DNA of 64,000 nt from an uncultured Gilliamella sp. Lineage in GTDB: Bacteria; Pseudomonadota; Gammaproteobacteria; Enterobacterales; Orbaceae. Below are positions 34,213 to 44,117 of this stretch, in pieces; within the stretch, counting starts at the first letter, position 1; every line of letters begins with the position of its first letter. The DNA is taken from positions 7,101-71,100 of the forward strand of contig CAMLAI010000001.1 of NCBI GenBank assembly GCA_946477995.1, read 5' to 3'. A program made the position numbers and the translations under genes. Below the pieces are notes generated by a model. That model was not told the DNA's origin, searched no databases, and saw only the letters and a list, made by a program, of their open reading frames with translations.

Positions 34213-35574
34213 GTGGCATCACACGTTATAGATTTTTTGATTTTAGGTAATAATTTTGGCACGAGTGAAATGCGCGCCATTTGGTCAGAACAACATCGTT
34301 TAGAAAAACAAGTACAAGTTGAAGTCGCCCTGGCGCAAGCACAAGGTGAACTGGGTGTGATACCTCGCGAGGTTGCTGATGCAATTATTGAAAAAGCCGA
34401 TGCTTCTCAACTATCTATTGAACAAATAGCCGATGAAGCCGCTAAAGCCAAACACTCCTTAATGTCAACTATCAATGCACTGCAAAAACAAGTCGGCGAA
34501 GCAGGTCAATTTATTCATTATGGCGCAACGACCCAAGATATTGTTGATACGGCGACAGTTTTACAACTAAAACAATCATTTGCAATAATTGAGCGTGATA
34601 CCAAACTGATCGCGAATGAACTCAAACGGTTAGCCAAACAATATCAATATTTACCGATGGTTGGGCGTACTCATGGTATGCAAGCACTTCCAACAACGTT
34701 TGGCTTTAAGCTTGCAGTTTGGTTAGATGAGTTTGTTCGCCACTTACAACGGTTAAATGAAATTAAACAACGAGTACTGGTCGGTAATATCAGTGGCGCA
34801 ATTTGTACCTATGCATCAATGGGTGAGCTAGGGCCGAAAATTGAACAGCAGGCATTAACCTTACTCGGTCTTAATACTCCGAATATTGGCTGGCAAGCCG
34901 CGCGTGATCGGTTTTCAGAATACGCATCAGTCATCGCCTTAATCAGCGGCACACTCGGTAAAATTGGTAATGAATTTTATAATTTAATGCGTACTGAAAT
35001 TAATGAGGTAGAAGAGCCTTTTTCAGACGGAAAAATTGGCTCAACGACCATGCCACATAAACGCAATCCAGCAGCACTAGAAGGTCTTGCCAGCTTAACG
35101 GCGCCATTATTAAAAAGTGTGGCGCTAATTCATGAATCAATGAAAGTTGAACATGAACGTGACGCCATGAGCTGGCGAGCTGAGTGGATCGCCCTGCCTG
35201 AAATTAACCTTTATATTTCTGCACAATTACAAACAGCATTAGCTGTTTTGAAAGGTTTAAAAGTCAATGCCGAACAAATGCTCACCAATTTGTCATTACA
35301 AAATGGCTTATTACTGTCAGAGAAGGTCATGTTTGAAATCGGTAAACGGTTAGGTAAACAGACAGCACATCATTTAGTTTATCAAAATGCAATGAAGGCT
35401 TTTGAACAGCATCGCCCCTTTAAAGCGGTATTATTAGAAGATCCCAACTTGAACCAAGAATTTACCGATACTGAGCTTGAAAACTGGTTAAATCCAATTA
35501 ATTACTTAGGATCAGCATCCGAAAAAGTCCAGCAAGTGATTGATTATGCGGATAAAAGCGGAGTGTTAATATGA
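34213..35574 (+). CDS. Adenylosuccinate-lyase-family C-S lyase, probable S-(2-succino)cysteine-type lyase
   Basis: HYGATTQD, GRTHG, GSTTMPHKRNP fumarase/aspartase signature, HERD; context with GNAT, ABC importer and MmgE/PrpD; not the housekeeping PurB. Confidence 0.75.
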   Translation: MASHVIDFLILGNNFGTSEMRAIWSEQHRLEKQVQVEVALAQAQGELGVIPREVADAIIEKADASQLSIEQIADEAAKAKHSLMSTINALQKQVGEAGQFIHYGATTQDIVDTATVLQLKQSFAIIERDTKLIANELKRLAKQYQYLPMVGRTHGMQALPTTFGFKLAVWLDEFVRHLQRLNEIKQRVLVGNISGAICTYASMGELGPKIEQQALTLLGLNTPNIGWQAARDRFSEYASVIALISGTLGKIGNEFYNLMRTEINEVEEPFSDGKIGSTTMPHKRNPAALEGLASLTAPLLKSVALIHESMKVEHERDAMSWRAEWIALPEINLYISAQLQTALAVLKGLKVNAEQMLTNLSLQNGLLLSEKVMFEIGKRLGKQTAHHLVYQNAMKAFEQHRPFKAVLLEDPNLNQEFTDTELENWLNPINYLGSASEKVQQVIDYADKSGVLI

Positions 35575-36089
35575 TTTTTCGCTTGATGACTTATGATGAT
35601 ATTCCTGCTTATCAAACGTTATTACACAATGCCTATCAGGCAGTCAGTCAATTAGGCATTCATTTTGCCGCTGCGACTGTTGACCGATTTACCATTGCCA
35701 ATCACATTGAATCGAATGCGGTGTATGTTACTGAAAAAGATAGCGAATTAGTATCAACGTTGAGTATTCGCTTTCCTTGGGGTAATAATCCTGGACCTTA
35801 TGGCTTACCCCATTTAGGCTGGTTTGCAACCAATCCCCAATATAAAGGTCAAGGCTATGGCAATGCATTATGGGACTGGGTAGAAAATCAAATTTTAATC
35901 AATCAATTAAAATTACCTGCGGTTACATTAGGTACTGCACAAAATCATCCTTGGTTAGCACAAATTTATATCAATAAAGGTTATCGTCCGATTGGTCAAG
36001 CTGACTTAACACCAGATCACACTACACTTTATTTTGAAAAAATACTTAATCATAAAAATTATACTCAATGGAAATCAAGGAGTAATTAA
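35571..36089 (+). CDS. GNAT N-acetyltransferase (YxeL/SnaB-like)
   Basis: FAAA, PHLGWFAT.P.YKGQGYG, V.LGTA..HPWL...Y...GY. Confidence 0.8.
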   Translation: MIFRLMTYDDIPAYQTLLHNAYQAVSQLGIHFAAATVDRFTIANHIESNAVYVTEKDSELVSTLSIRFPWGNNPGPYGLPHLGWFATNPQYKGQGYGNALWDWVENQILINQLKLPAVTLGTAQNHPWLAQIYINKGYRPIGQADLTPDHTTLYFEKILNHKNYTQWKSRSN

Positions 36090-36091
36090 CG

Positions 36092-36877
36092 ATGAGAACA
36101 ATAAAAACGATAGTATCGGCCGTATTATTTGCAAGCTTGACGTTACTAGTTGGTTGTGATGATAAAGCGACCAATCAAGCAACAGAACAAAAGGTCATTA
36201 AAGTTGGCTCGACAGGACAAAGCTATCCAAATGGCTTCAAACAAGACGGCAAGTTAATTGGTTTTGATGTGGAAGTGACACAAGCGATTGCTAACGAGTT
36301 AGGCTATCAAGTTGAATGGGTCATTGCTGAATTCGGTGGCTTAATGGGGCAGTTCGATTCAGGGCGATTAGATACCATTGCCAATGCTGTTGCAATAACG
36401 CCGGCCCGTCAAGCCAAATACGATTTTTCCAATGCTTACAGCTTTTATGGTAGCCAAATAGTTACACATAAAGATAATCAAACCATTAATACTCTTTCTG
36501 ATTTTAAGGGTAAAACTATTGCTGGCGTGCTGGGTTCAAATCACATTAACAATTTGAAAAAAGCATTCCCAAATAATGAAGTCACAATTAAAACTTACGA
36601 AACAAGAGACGGCGCAATGTATGACACTGAATATCAGCGTGTTGACGGTTATGTAAATTCTAAACCAATTTTACTTGCTGAAATTAAACGAAAAAATTTA
36701 CCGTTTAAATTAGTCGGTGAACCAATAACTATCGAACAAGTAGCGTTCCCATTTAGTAAAGATGAAAAAGGTAAAGCACTACGTGAAAAATTCAATCAAG
36801 CTTTAGAAAAATTACGTGCAAATGGAACATTGAAAAATCTATCAATTAAATATTTTGGCGAAGATATTACCTCATGA
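36092..36877 (+). CDS. Amino acid ABC transporter substrate-binding lipoprotein (YxeM-like)
   Basis: Lipobox LVG-C; GSTGQSYP, GFDVE, DTIAN.VAITP.R..KYDFS. Confidence 0.88.
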   Translation: MRTIKTIVSAVLFASLTLLVGCDDKATNQATEQKVIKVGSTGQSYPNGFKQDGKLIGFDVEVTQAIANELGYQVEWVIAEFGGLMGQFDSGRLDTIANAVAITPARQAKYDFSNAYSFYGSQIVTHKDNQTINTLSDFKGKTIAGVLGSNHINNLKKAFPNNEVTIKTYETRDGAMYDTEYQRVDGYVNSKPILLAEIKRKNLPFKLVGEPITIEQVAFPFSKDEKGKALREKFNQALEKLRANGTLKNLSIKYFGEDITS

Positions 36878-37545
36878 ATTTTAACATAGACTATTTTTTA
36901 GGTGTGTTCCCGCAGATTTTACCTTATTTGCCAGTAACACTCTTTATTTCTATCGTATCGATTATTTTCGCCATTGTTTTAGGACTCGCTATCGCACTAG
37001 TAAGAAACAATAACATTGTTATTGTCGATTCGATTTTTTCGCTGTTTATTTCGCTATTTCGAGGGATCCCTTCAGTTGTTTTACTATTTATTATCTATTA
37101 TGGCTTACCCCAAATTTTTCCTGCATTAAAACAGATGGGCGCAACTACAGCGGCCATTATCTGCTTTAGCCTAAAATATTCAGCGTATTTAGCCGAAATT
37201 TTTCGGGCAGGATTAACATCAGTCGATATTGGTCAAAAAGAGGCAGGACTTACATCAGGTTTAAGTATCTTTCAAGTTTATCGAGGCATAATATTGCCAC
37301 AAGCTATGGTCAACGCTCTGCCAAATACTGGTAATATGTTTATCTCTTTACTTAAAGATTCATCCGTGGCTTTTTTTGTTGGTGTGCAAGAATTACTTGC
37401 CGCAGGGAAGATGTTAACGGCAAACTCTTTTCTTTATTTTGAAACCTACTTAGCGGTGGGTATTGTCTATTGGCTAACTGTTGTTGCTTATTCTTGGATA
37501 CAAAAACAGTTAGAACGTAAACTCACCAAGCCCTATCATCGTTAA
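36874..37545 (+). CDS. Amino acid ABC transporter permease (YxeN-like)
   Basis: FRGIP..V.LFIIYYGLP, SAYLAEIFRAG..SVD.GQ.EA, LKDSS. Confidence 0.9.
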   Translation: MNFNIDYFLGVFPQILPYLPVTLFISIVSIIFAIVLGLAIALVRNNNIVIVDSIFSLFISLFRGIPSVVLLFIIYYGLPQIFPALKQMGATTAAIICFSLKYSAYLAEIFRAGLTSVDIGQKEAGLTSGLSIFQVYRGIILPQAMVNALPNTGNMFISLLKDSSVAFFVGVQELLAAGKMLTANSFLYFETYLAVGIVYWLTVVAYSWIQKQLERKLTKPYHR

Positions 37546-37556
37546 GGAGCAAAGGA

Positions 37557-38309
37557 ATGATTTCTGTATCTCATTTATCTAAACGGTTTGCTGATAATGA
37601 AGTGCTAAAAGATATTAACTTGCAGGTAAAACAAGGCGAAGTTGTCGCTATTATTGGTCCTTCTGGTTCAGGAAAATCAACATTATTACGTTGTTTAAAT
37701 TTACTGGAAAAACCCAATACAGGTACAATTCGTATCGGTGAGGTTGTTCTTAATTGTAATCAGTACAGCCATAAAGATGAAAGCAATTTACGTAAACAAT
37801 CTTCCATGGTATTTCAACACTATAATTTATTTAAAAATAAAACAGCGTTAGAAAATATTACCTACCCACTTAGGGTGGGTAAAAAAATGAATAAAAATCA
37901 GGCTAAAGAGCTTGGCATATCACTATTAACCCATGTAGGCATGCTCGAATATGCAAATCAGTACCCAAGTACTTTATCCGGAGGTCAACAACAGCGGGTT
38001 GCCATTGCTCGAGCATTAGCGGTGAGGCCCAAAGTACTATTATTTGATGAACCTACATCAGCGCTCGATCCTGAGCGGGTACACGAAGTATTACAAGTCA
38101 TGTTACAACTTGCTAAAGAAAACATTACCATGATCATTGTCACGCACGAAATGGAATTCGCCAAATATGTCGCTGATCGTATCATTTTTATGGCAAATGG
38201 TATCATTATAGAAGAAGGTGTGGCTAAATCTGTTATCGATAATCCACAACATGCCCTCACGCAACGCTTTTTGCGTCAATTAAGCGACGATATTAATTTC
38301 GAAATTTAG
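37557..38309 (+). CDS. Amino acid ABC transporter ATPase (YxeO-like)
   Basis: GPSGSGKS, LSGGQQQRVAIARA, FDEPTSALDPE, VTHEM. Confidence 0.92.
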   Translation: MISVSHLSKRFADNEVLKDINLQVKQGEVVAIIGPSGSGKSTLLRCLNLLEKPNTGTIRIGEVVLNCNQYSHKDESNLRKQSSMVFQHYNLFKNKTALENITYPLRVGKKMNKNQAKELGISLLTHVGMLEYANQYPSTLSGGQQQRVAIARALAVRPKVLLFDEPTSALDPERVHEVLQVMLQLAKENITMIIVTHEMEFAKYVADRIIFMANGIIIEEGVAKSVIDNPQHALTQRFLRQLSDDINFEI

Positions 38310-38362
38310 TGAATACCTTGTTCATTGAATAAAAGTCAGAAATCATTCTATCGCTTAAAGGG

Positions 38363-39742
38363 TTAAAGCGTTAACCAATGTCGTTTAACAAATTGGTCAA
38401 CGCTTAGTCCTGTAGCCAATTGATAGATATCTTTCACTAAATTATCGGCTTTTTGTTCGTTCCCTACTGCTTTTTTTAATTTTAACTGCATCTCAAGCTT
38501 GGTATAGGGATTGTTTGGGGAACCTTTAGGGCTATCAATCCGCTGACAAATTGTATTTCCAGAATTAAAATGAATCTCTACCACAACATAGCGTCCAGTA
38601 TAAGCGCCTGGTTGTGCGGTAACATCTATCTGACAGCTATCTTGAGTTTGATAGGTACGTTGCATTTTTTGCATCAATTTATGGATATTCTTTGGTATAG
38701 GATTTGAGGAAAATTGTTCAAAATCAAGTGGGATCCCCAATAGCGTTAACGCTAAAATATATTCAGCAGAAAATCGCCCCTGTTCCGCTAGGGTTGGTGA
38801 TGAATAAATTAGCGCGGCATCACTGTTCGGTGGTGCAAAGAAAATTGTGATATGAGATATATCATGACAATTAAATTGTGGATGCTGAAACAGTAATTGT
38901 CCCGCATCAGCTATATATGCAGCTGCAGAACAGTAAGAATAAGTCTTAAACCATAATCCAGGGTTAGCGATCTTCCAACTTTTGCCCCATTGATTTAATC
39001 TAAAATTACCATTACCTTGCCCATAAACCGCTAGAAACCCTAATTTGTCATCGAGAAAATCTTTATCAGCCGATATCCCAATACTTAACCATGCAATAGA
39101 CTGGATCGCCTGTTGAGCCGCTAATCCTGCATGTAAAAATTTAATCGGTGTGCCCATGAGTAAGCGCATTCCTGACGCTTGAGTTGCTGCTAACGCTAAT
39201 GCTTGAGATATAAAAGGCATATCATACAAATAACAAATTGCTGCCGTTGCTGCCATTGCCCCGAGCGTAATAGTTGTATGCCAACCTTTTTCATAATGCT
39301 GTGGATTGACGCTTTTACCTAATAAAGCCATGACTTCAACACCAATAATATACGCGGTTAAAAACCGGTGTCCATTCAGATCAATCGCGTTTCGGTTGTC
39401 TAATCGAATACTGGCAAACAGTGCCGATAAAATAACAGCCGAAGGATGTCCTCGCACATCAGCATGCACATCATCATAATCTAAGCAGTGCGCTTGATAG
39501 CCATTAAATAAGGCAGCCTGGCGTGCTGTTGCCAATTTTTTTTGCCCAACCAGCCAAGATCGGGCATGCCCACCTTCATCCTCTATCCACGCCAAGAGCT
39601 TTTGTGCATCACTATCATCATGCGCTTGTAAACTACATGCAAAATAATCAATCACACCATTAATCGCACATTCAATTGTGTGAGGATCAGTAATTAGCGG
39701 TGTATTTTTTATTAAACAACTTAACTGTTTGCCTAAATTCAT
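38363..39742 (-). CDS. MmgE/PrpD family protein (YxeQ-like)
   Basis: H.LDYDDVH...GHPS, Y.KGWH.T, K.LHAG.AA, PGLWFK.Y, PKGSP.NP. Confidence 0.88.
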   Translation of the reverse strand: MNLGKQLSCLIKNTPLITDPHTIECAINGVIDYFACSLQAHDDSDAQKLLAWIEDEGGHARSWLVGQKKLATARQAALFNGYQAHCLDYDDVHADVRGHPSAVILSALFASIRLDNRNAIDLNGHRFLTAYIIGVEVMALLGKSVNPQHYEKGWHTTITLGAMAATAAICYLYDMPFISQALALAATQASGMRLLMGTPIKFLHAGLAAQQAIQSIAWLSIGISADKDFLDDKLGFLAVYGQGNGNFRLNQWGKSWKIANPGLWFKTYSYCSAAAYIADAGQLLFQHPQFNCHDISHITIFFAPPNSDAALIYSSPTLAEQGRFSAEYILALTLLGIPLDFEQFSSNPIPKNIHKLMQKMQRTYQTQDSCQIDVTAQPGAYTGRYVVVEIHFNSGNTICQRIDSPKGSPNNPYTKLEMQLKLKKAVGNEQKADNLVKDIYQLATGLSVDQFVKRHWLTL

Positions 39743-39821
39743 TCGCTGCTCATTAAAACGGTTTGATTTACTTACTCATTAAAATAACCGATAACCAGTA
39801 ATAAATTAAAGATTATAAAAT

Positions 39822-39840
39822 TATATTTTTATAACTAAAA
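39822..39840 (-). promoter_or_regulatory. Putative regulator site (copy 2) upstream of MmgE/PrpD gene
   Basis: Minus strand TTTTAGTTATAAAAATATA matches 34114-34132 at 17/19. Confidence 0.5.
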
Positions 39841-39948
39841 ATCATTAGATTATACAGTTGCATTGATATAGGCTTTCTTGAGTAAAATTTTATATGTTAA
39901 ACTAAATCACCTTTGAGTTATCCATATCAGAAACTAGCAAGTTTTATT

Positions 39949-40434
39949 ATGTCAATTTGTTATATTGCCTTAGGAAGTAATTTACAAGATCCCCTTGCGC
40001 AAGCAAAACAGGCTATTACAGCTTTAAAACAATTGCCCAAGACTCATGTTGTCGATGTTTCACCTTTTTACCGGAGTAAACCGCTAGGTCCTCAGGATCA
40101 AAATGATTATCTTAATGCCGTAATTAAGCTATCAACGTCCTTATCGCCCATTGAATTGTTGGATCAGTTACAATCGATTGAACAATCACAAGGGCGCGTT
40201 CGCAAAGAAAATCGTTGGGGAGCAAGAACGTTAGATCTTGATATTTTGTTATATGATGAGTTAATCATGAACACTGAACGATTAACCATTCCACATTACC
40301 ATATGAAAAAAAGAGAATTTGTTCTTTATCCCTTATTTGATATCGCTCCAGACTTAGTCTTACCTGATAACGATAACTTGTATGACTTAGTCAAGAAATG
40401 CCCCGAAAATGGATTAAAAAAGTGGGATAATTGA
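39949..40434 (+). CDS. folK: 2-amino-4-hydroxy-6-hydroxymethyldihydropteridine diphosphokinase
   Basis: YIALGSNL, YLNAV, RWGARTLDLDILL, PHY.M..R.FVL.PL. Confidence 0.96.
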   Translation: MSICYIALGSNLQDPLAQAKQAITALKQLPKTHVVDVSPFYRSKPLGPQDQNDYLNAVIKLSTSLSPIELLDQLQSIEQSQGRVRKENRWGARTLDLDILLYDELIMNTERLTIPHYHMKKREFVLYPLFDIAPDLVLPDNDNLYDLVKKCPENGLKKWDN

Positions 40435-40569
40435 TTATTTCGATTAATAACATAGAGTTGTCACATTTTATTTCGATTTAAGCAAAAAAAAATTAAAAAA
40501 AATTTGCCAACGGCTAATTTATTGCTATAGTTTACCGCTTGCAAATAATCTGTACTTAAGGGGATTGCT

Positions 40570-41025
40570 GTGAAAAAGGAACAAAAAGTAAATACATCTT
40601 CTCTAAGCCTGCTTTCAATTGCGGGACTTGAGCCTTATAAAGAGGCCAAAGACGAGGAGTATATGAATCCTAAGCAATTGAAGCATTTCAAACTCATCTT
40701 AGAAGCGTGGCTTGCTCAATTACAAGGTGAAATGGGAAAAACTGTTTCACACATGCAAGATGAAGCTGCAAATTTTCCAGATCCAGCTGACCGAGCAACT
40801 CAAGAAGAAGAATTTAGCCTGGAATTACGTGCTCGTGATAGAGAACGAAAACTGATCAAGAAAATTGAGAAAACATTAAAGAAAATCGAAACCGATGATT
40901 TTGGTTATTGTGAGTCTTGTGGCGTAGAAATTGGCATTCGTCGCTTAGAGGCAAGACCTACGGCTGATTTATGCATCGATTGTAAAACACTTGCTGAACT
41001 TCGCGAAAAACAGATGGGTATGTAA
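40570..41025 (+). CDS. dksA: RNA polymerase-binding transcription factor DksA
   Basis: [18 protein letters not shown]...CIDC zinc finger. Confidence 0.97.
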   Translation: MKKEQKVNTSSLSLLSIAGLEPYKEAKDEEYMNPKQLKHFKLILEAWLAQLQGEMGKTVSHMQDEAANFPDPADRATQEEEFSLELRARDRERKLIKKIEKTLKKIETDDFGYCESCGVEIGIRRLEARPTADLCIDCKTLAELREKQMGM

Positions 41026-41057
41026 ACCTATTTGTTAAAACTCACTATTTAACAACT

Positions 41058-41954
41058 ATGTCTAAGCGCTATATTGGTCGCTTTGCACCGTCACCATCCG
41101 GACCTTTACATTTTGGTTCGTTGGTGACCGCCTTAGGTAGCTATTTACAAGCAAAATCAAAGCATGGTAAGTGGCTCGTTCGAATTGAAGATATCGATCC
41201 GCCAAGAGAAGTAAAAGGTGCATCATCCTTAATATTAAAAACGTTAGACGCACTCAACTTATATTGGGATGACCACGTCCTTTATCAGTCCGCATGCAGT
41301 GAACGCTACCAAGCTGCATTAAACCAGTTACTACAAAACCAACAAGCCTACTATTGTAATTGCACAAGACAACGAATACAGTTATTGCCTAACGGATTTT
41401 ATGATGGTTTTTGCCGCCAACAACACTTAACGCTAAAGGATGATCAACCATATGCGATACGTTTAAAGCAAAATCACCCTATTTTTGAGTTCACGGATAA
41501 AATTCTAGGTTTACAAAAAATTGCAGCAATAAATGCGAATGAAGATTTTATTATTCATCGCAAAGATGGTTTATTTGCTTATAATTTAGTAGTGGTACTC
41601 GATGACCATCAACAAGGCATCACCGAAATTGTCCGCGGCGCAGATTTATTGCCCGTTACCGGTAAACAAATATCACTTTATCAGCTTTTTGGTTTTAACG
41701 TTCCCAGCTACTGCCACCTGCCTTTAGTGCTGGATAATAATGGCAATAAATTATCTAAACAAAATCACGCTAAAGCCATTGAACTTAGCAATACTCAATC
41801 AATCACTGCACAAGCATTACAATTTTTAGGTCAACCTTTACCGCTTGATTGGCAAGATGCAACTCAGCAACAGCTACTTGATTGGGCAATCAGCCATTGG
41901 AATCTCGCATTAATACCGAAACAAAATAAGCCATTATCCACCAATGTAGGATAA
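41058..41954 (+). CDS. gluQ: Glutamyl-Q tRNA(Asp) synthetase
   Basis: GRFAPSPSGPLHFGS, RIEDIDPPRE, RGADL, KLSKQN; follows dksA. Confidence 0.95.
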   Translation: MSKRYIGRFAPSPSGPLHFGSLVTALGSYLQAKSKHGKWLVRIEDIDPPREVKGASSLILKTLDALNLYWDDHVLYQSACSERYQAALNQLLQNQQAYYCNCTRQRIQLLPNGFYDGFCRQQHLTLKDDQPYAIRLKQNHPIFEFTDKILGLQKIAAINANEDFIIHRKDGLFAYNLVVVLDDHQQGITEIVRGADLLPVTGKQISLYQLFGFNVPSYCHLPLVLDNNGNKLSKQNHAKAIELSNTQSITAQALQFLGQPLPLDWQDATQQQLLDWAISHWNLALIPKQNKPLSTNVG

Positions 41955-42908
41955 ATTCGGCGTAATACCAACTTTATGTTGGTGCAATAGATGTTTTTCA
42001 GGTTTTATCATTAGTGAGGCTAAAATTCGTGCTTTTAATTGTGCTTTTTGTTCAGAACTAGCCAGCAAATCACGCAAATCTACTGCGGCATCACCAAATA
42101 AACAATAATGCAGTTTACCGATTGAAGAGACCCTTAAGCGATTACAACTTTTACAAAAATCTTTTGAATAAGGCATAATCAAACCAATTTTACCCAAGTA
42201 TTGAGGATGAAAATAAACTTTAGCCGGTCCAGATAAAGCTTGTTTAGGCTGTAACTGCCAACCTTGTTCAATGAGCTGTAATTCAATGGAGTGACCCGCT
42301 AAATGATAACGATTAAAAAGGTCTTGGCTTTCACCGGTTTCCATAAGTTCAATAAAACGTAACTCTACCGGACGCTGTTTTATCCAAGCTAAATAATCAC
42401 TCAATTTATCATTCATATTTTTCATTAATACAGTATTAATTTTAACTTTTTTAATACCTACTTCTAATGATTTTTCCACCCCTTGCAATAGTTCTTTAAG
42501 TTTATCTTGACCTGTAATTAATTTAAATAAATGGGGTGAAAAACTATCAATACTAATATTAATCGAACTCAGTCCAGCTTGATGCCAATGATGCACATTT
42601 TTCAATAAACGCGAACCATTAGTTGTCACCGCCACATCGCGAACACTAGGATAAGAAGCGATCATTGATAAAATATCGATAAAATCTCGACGTAAGGTCG
42701 GCTCTCCACCAGTTAAACGAATTTTATGCACACCAAGTTCAGTAAAGGTCGATACAATATTATCGATCTCATTGAGCGTTAAGAAGTGATGATCTTTATT
42801 CGGGCGATAACCATTGGGTAAACAGTATTGACACTGAAAATTACACAGTTCGGTAATCGACAAGCGTAGATACTGAAATCGACGCTGATAATTATCCATT
42901 AATTGCAT
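41934..42908 (-). CDS. moaA: GTP 3',8-cyclase MoaA
   Basis: YLRLSIT, CNFQCQYC radical SAM motif, RLTGGEP, FC.SCNRLR, C-terminal IGG. Confidence 0.96.
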   Translation of the reverse strand: MQLMDNYQRRFQYLRLSITELCNFQCQYCLPNGYRPNKDHHFLTLNEIDNIVSTFTELGVHKIRLTGGEPTLRRDFIDILSMIASYPSVRDVAVTTNGSRLLKNVHHWHQAGLSSINISIDSFSPHLFKLITGQDKLKELLQGVEKSLEVGIKKVKINTVLMKNMNDKLSDYLAWIKQRPVELRFIELMETGESQDLFNRYHLAGHSIELQLIEQGWQLQPKQALSGPAKVYFHPQYLGKIGLIMPYSKDFCKSCNRLRVSSIGKLHYCLFGDAAVDLRDLLASSEQKAQLKARILASLMIKPEKHLLHQHKVGITPNLSYIGG

Positions 42909-42917
42909 ATATAACAA

Positions 42918-43020
42918 ACACCTTATCCAAATCGGGAAGCATAGCCATTTCTGCGCTATACCGCGGCTAAGTTACCATATGAAACAAAAAATTCACTTAG
43001 GTAAAATAGCTTCAGAGTTT
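42918..43020 (-). ncRNA. Moco (molybdenum cofactor) riboswitch
   Basis: Minus strand AACTCTGAAGC...CCTAAG...AGAAATGGCTATGCTTCCCGATTTGGATAAGGTGT matches the Moco motif 3' end (GAAAU..CUCCCG..UUUGGAAAGGUGU), directly before the moaA start. Confidence 0.88.
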
Positions 43021-43131
43021 GTTTTAGTCTAGCATAGACTCGATTTTTTGACTATGAACAATTAATCAATATCAACATAATAAATAACAATTTAGTACTC
43101 AAATTATTGATTCGTGCTAGTCATTGCCATT

Positions 43132-44082
43132 TTAGGTATTGATAACTGTAATGTAATTTGGAATAGATGGAGCATGACGATAAAGATAAACCCACCGCAT
43201 ATCATCTTTATGAAGTTTTAGGTAGTGCTTAACTAATTTATCAATTTCAGTATCGTCAGCTGATTGTTGATTTTTATATTGATCAATAAATTCTTGCACA
43301 ATATCTTCACCCTCGGTTAAAGGACCTTGATATGCTACCAAATAATCTTGACTTAACTGCTCTAATTTATTAAAGAAAAGATAATGCTCTTTTTCGATAT
43401 CAAACTGTTTAGGATTGTTATAACCTAAAGTGGTAAAAATCCTGTCTGCTATAGCAGACCCTGCATTTATTTCCTTTTTTAAGCCATAAAATATTTTTAA
43501 AGGAATAAGTAACATTGCACCAAAAAAAACGAGTAACAACGGCACCCATGAACTTTTTAAATAGGCTTGTATCACGCCAAAAATGCCGCTTAAAATAGCT
43601 ATTAGTCCAATTACCTTTACAATTAGCGGTGTATGAATGCTAGGTTCATTAAGTTTCGCTTCTGTTCCCTCTGTGGCATAAGGATGTAACCATAGTAGAT
43701 GATCAATGGGGCGACGTAGCGCATAGGCAAAATAAGTCCCACCTGCAATTTGATCAACGACAACTTCAACATAGTCACCTTCAGCAAAAGCTACTCGACA
43801 ACATACCCCTTCAATTATATTATCGCCTAATTTAAAACGAAAATATTGTTCAATATCGGAGGTCGGACAATCTAATTCATTCCTTGTAGCGTACATAGCT
43901 AATCGTTTATTTGCCGTAAAAACTAAGCTTAAATGTCCAATCATGTATAGATTAAGGTCAGAACAACCAGCTAATTTCCGAGCATGAGTAAAACTCTCTA
44001 CTGTATCGTATACCTCAAGATTGGTTATATGACCGGTGATTATTTGAAAACATTCACTATTTGTTGTTAAACTCGATTGCAT
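43132..44082 (-). CDS. Hypothetical membrane protein, paralog of 44118-44870 (resembles proteins annotated as putative T6SS effectors)
   Basis: F..GDYVE.VV......YA.RRP.DHLLW, 2 TM helices, IFT.LGY; start 44082 (after AAGG) or 44112. Confidence 0.6.
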   Translation of the reverse strand: MQSSLTTNSECFQIITGHITNLEVYDTVESFTHARKLAGCSDLNLYMIGHLSLVFTANKRLAMYATRNELDCPTSDIEQYFRFKLGDNIIEGVCCRVAFAEGDYVEVVVDQIAGGTYFAYALRRPIDHLLWLHPYATEGTEAKLNEPSIHTPLIVKVIGLIAILSGIFGVIQAYLKSSWVPLLLVFFGAMLLIPLKIFYGLKKEINAGSAIADRIFTTLGYNNPKQFDIEKEHYLFFNKLEQLSQDYLVAYQGPLTEGEDIVQEFIDQYKNQQSADDTEIDKLVKHYLKLHKDDMRWVYLYRHAPSIPNYITVINT

Positions 44083-44117
44083 ATCAGTGCCTTTTTTATC
44101 TAATTTATCCATGGTTA

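Noticed and set aside
34213-35574. Calling the lyase purB
   Set aside because: Sequence style and GNAT/ABC/MmgE context fit the adduct-lyase subfamily rather than housekeeping enterobacterial PurB
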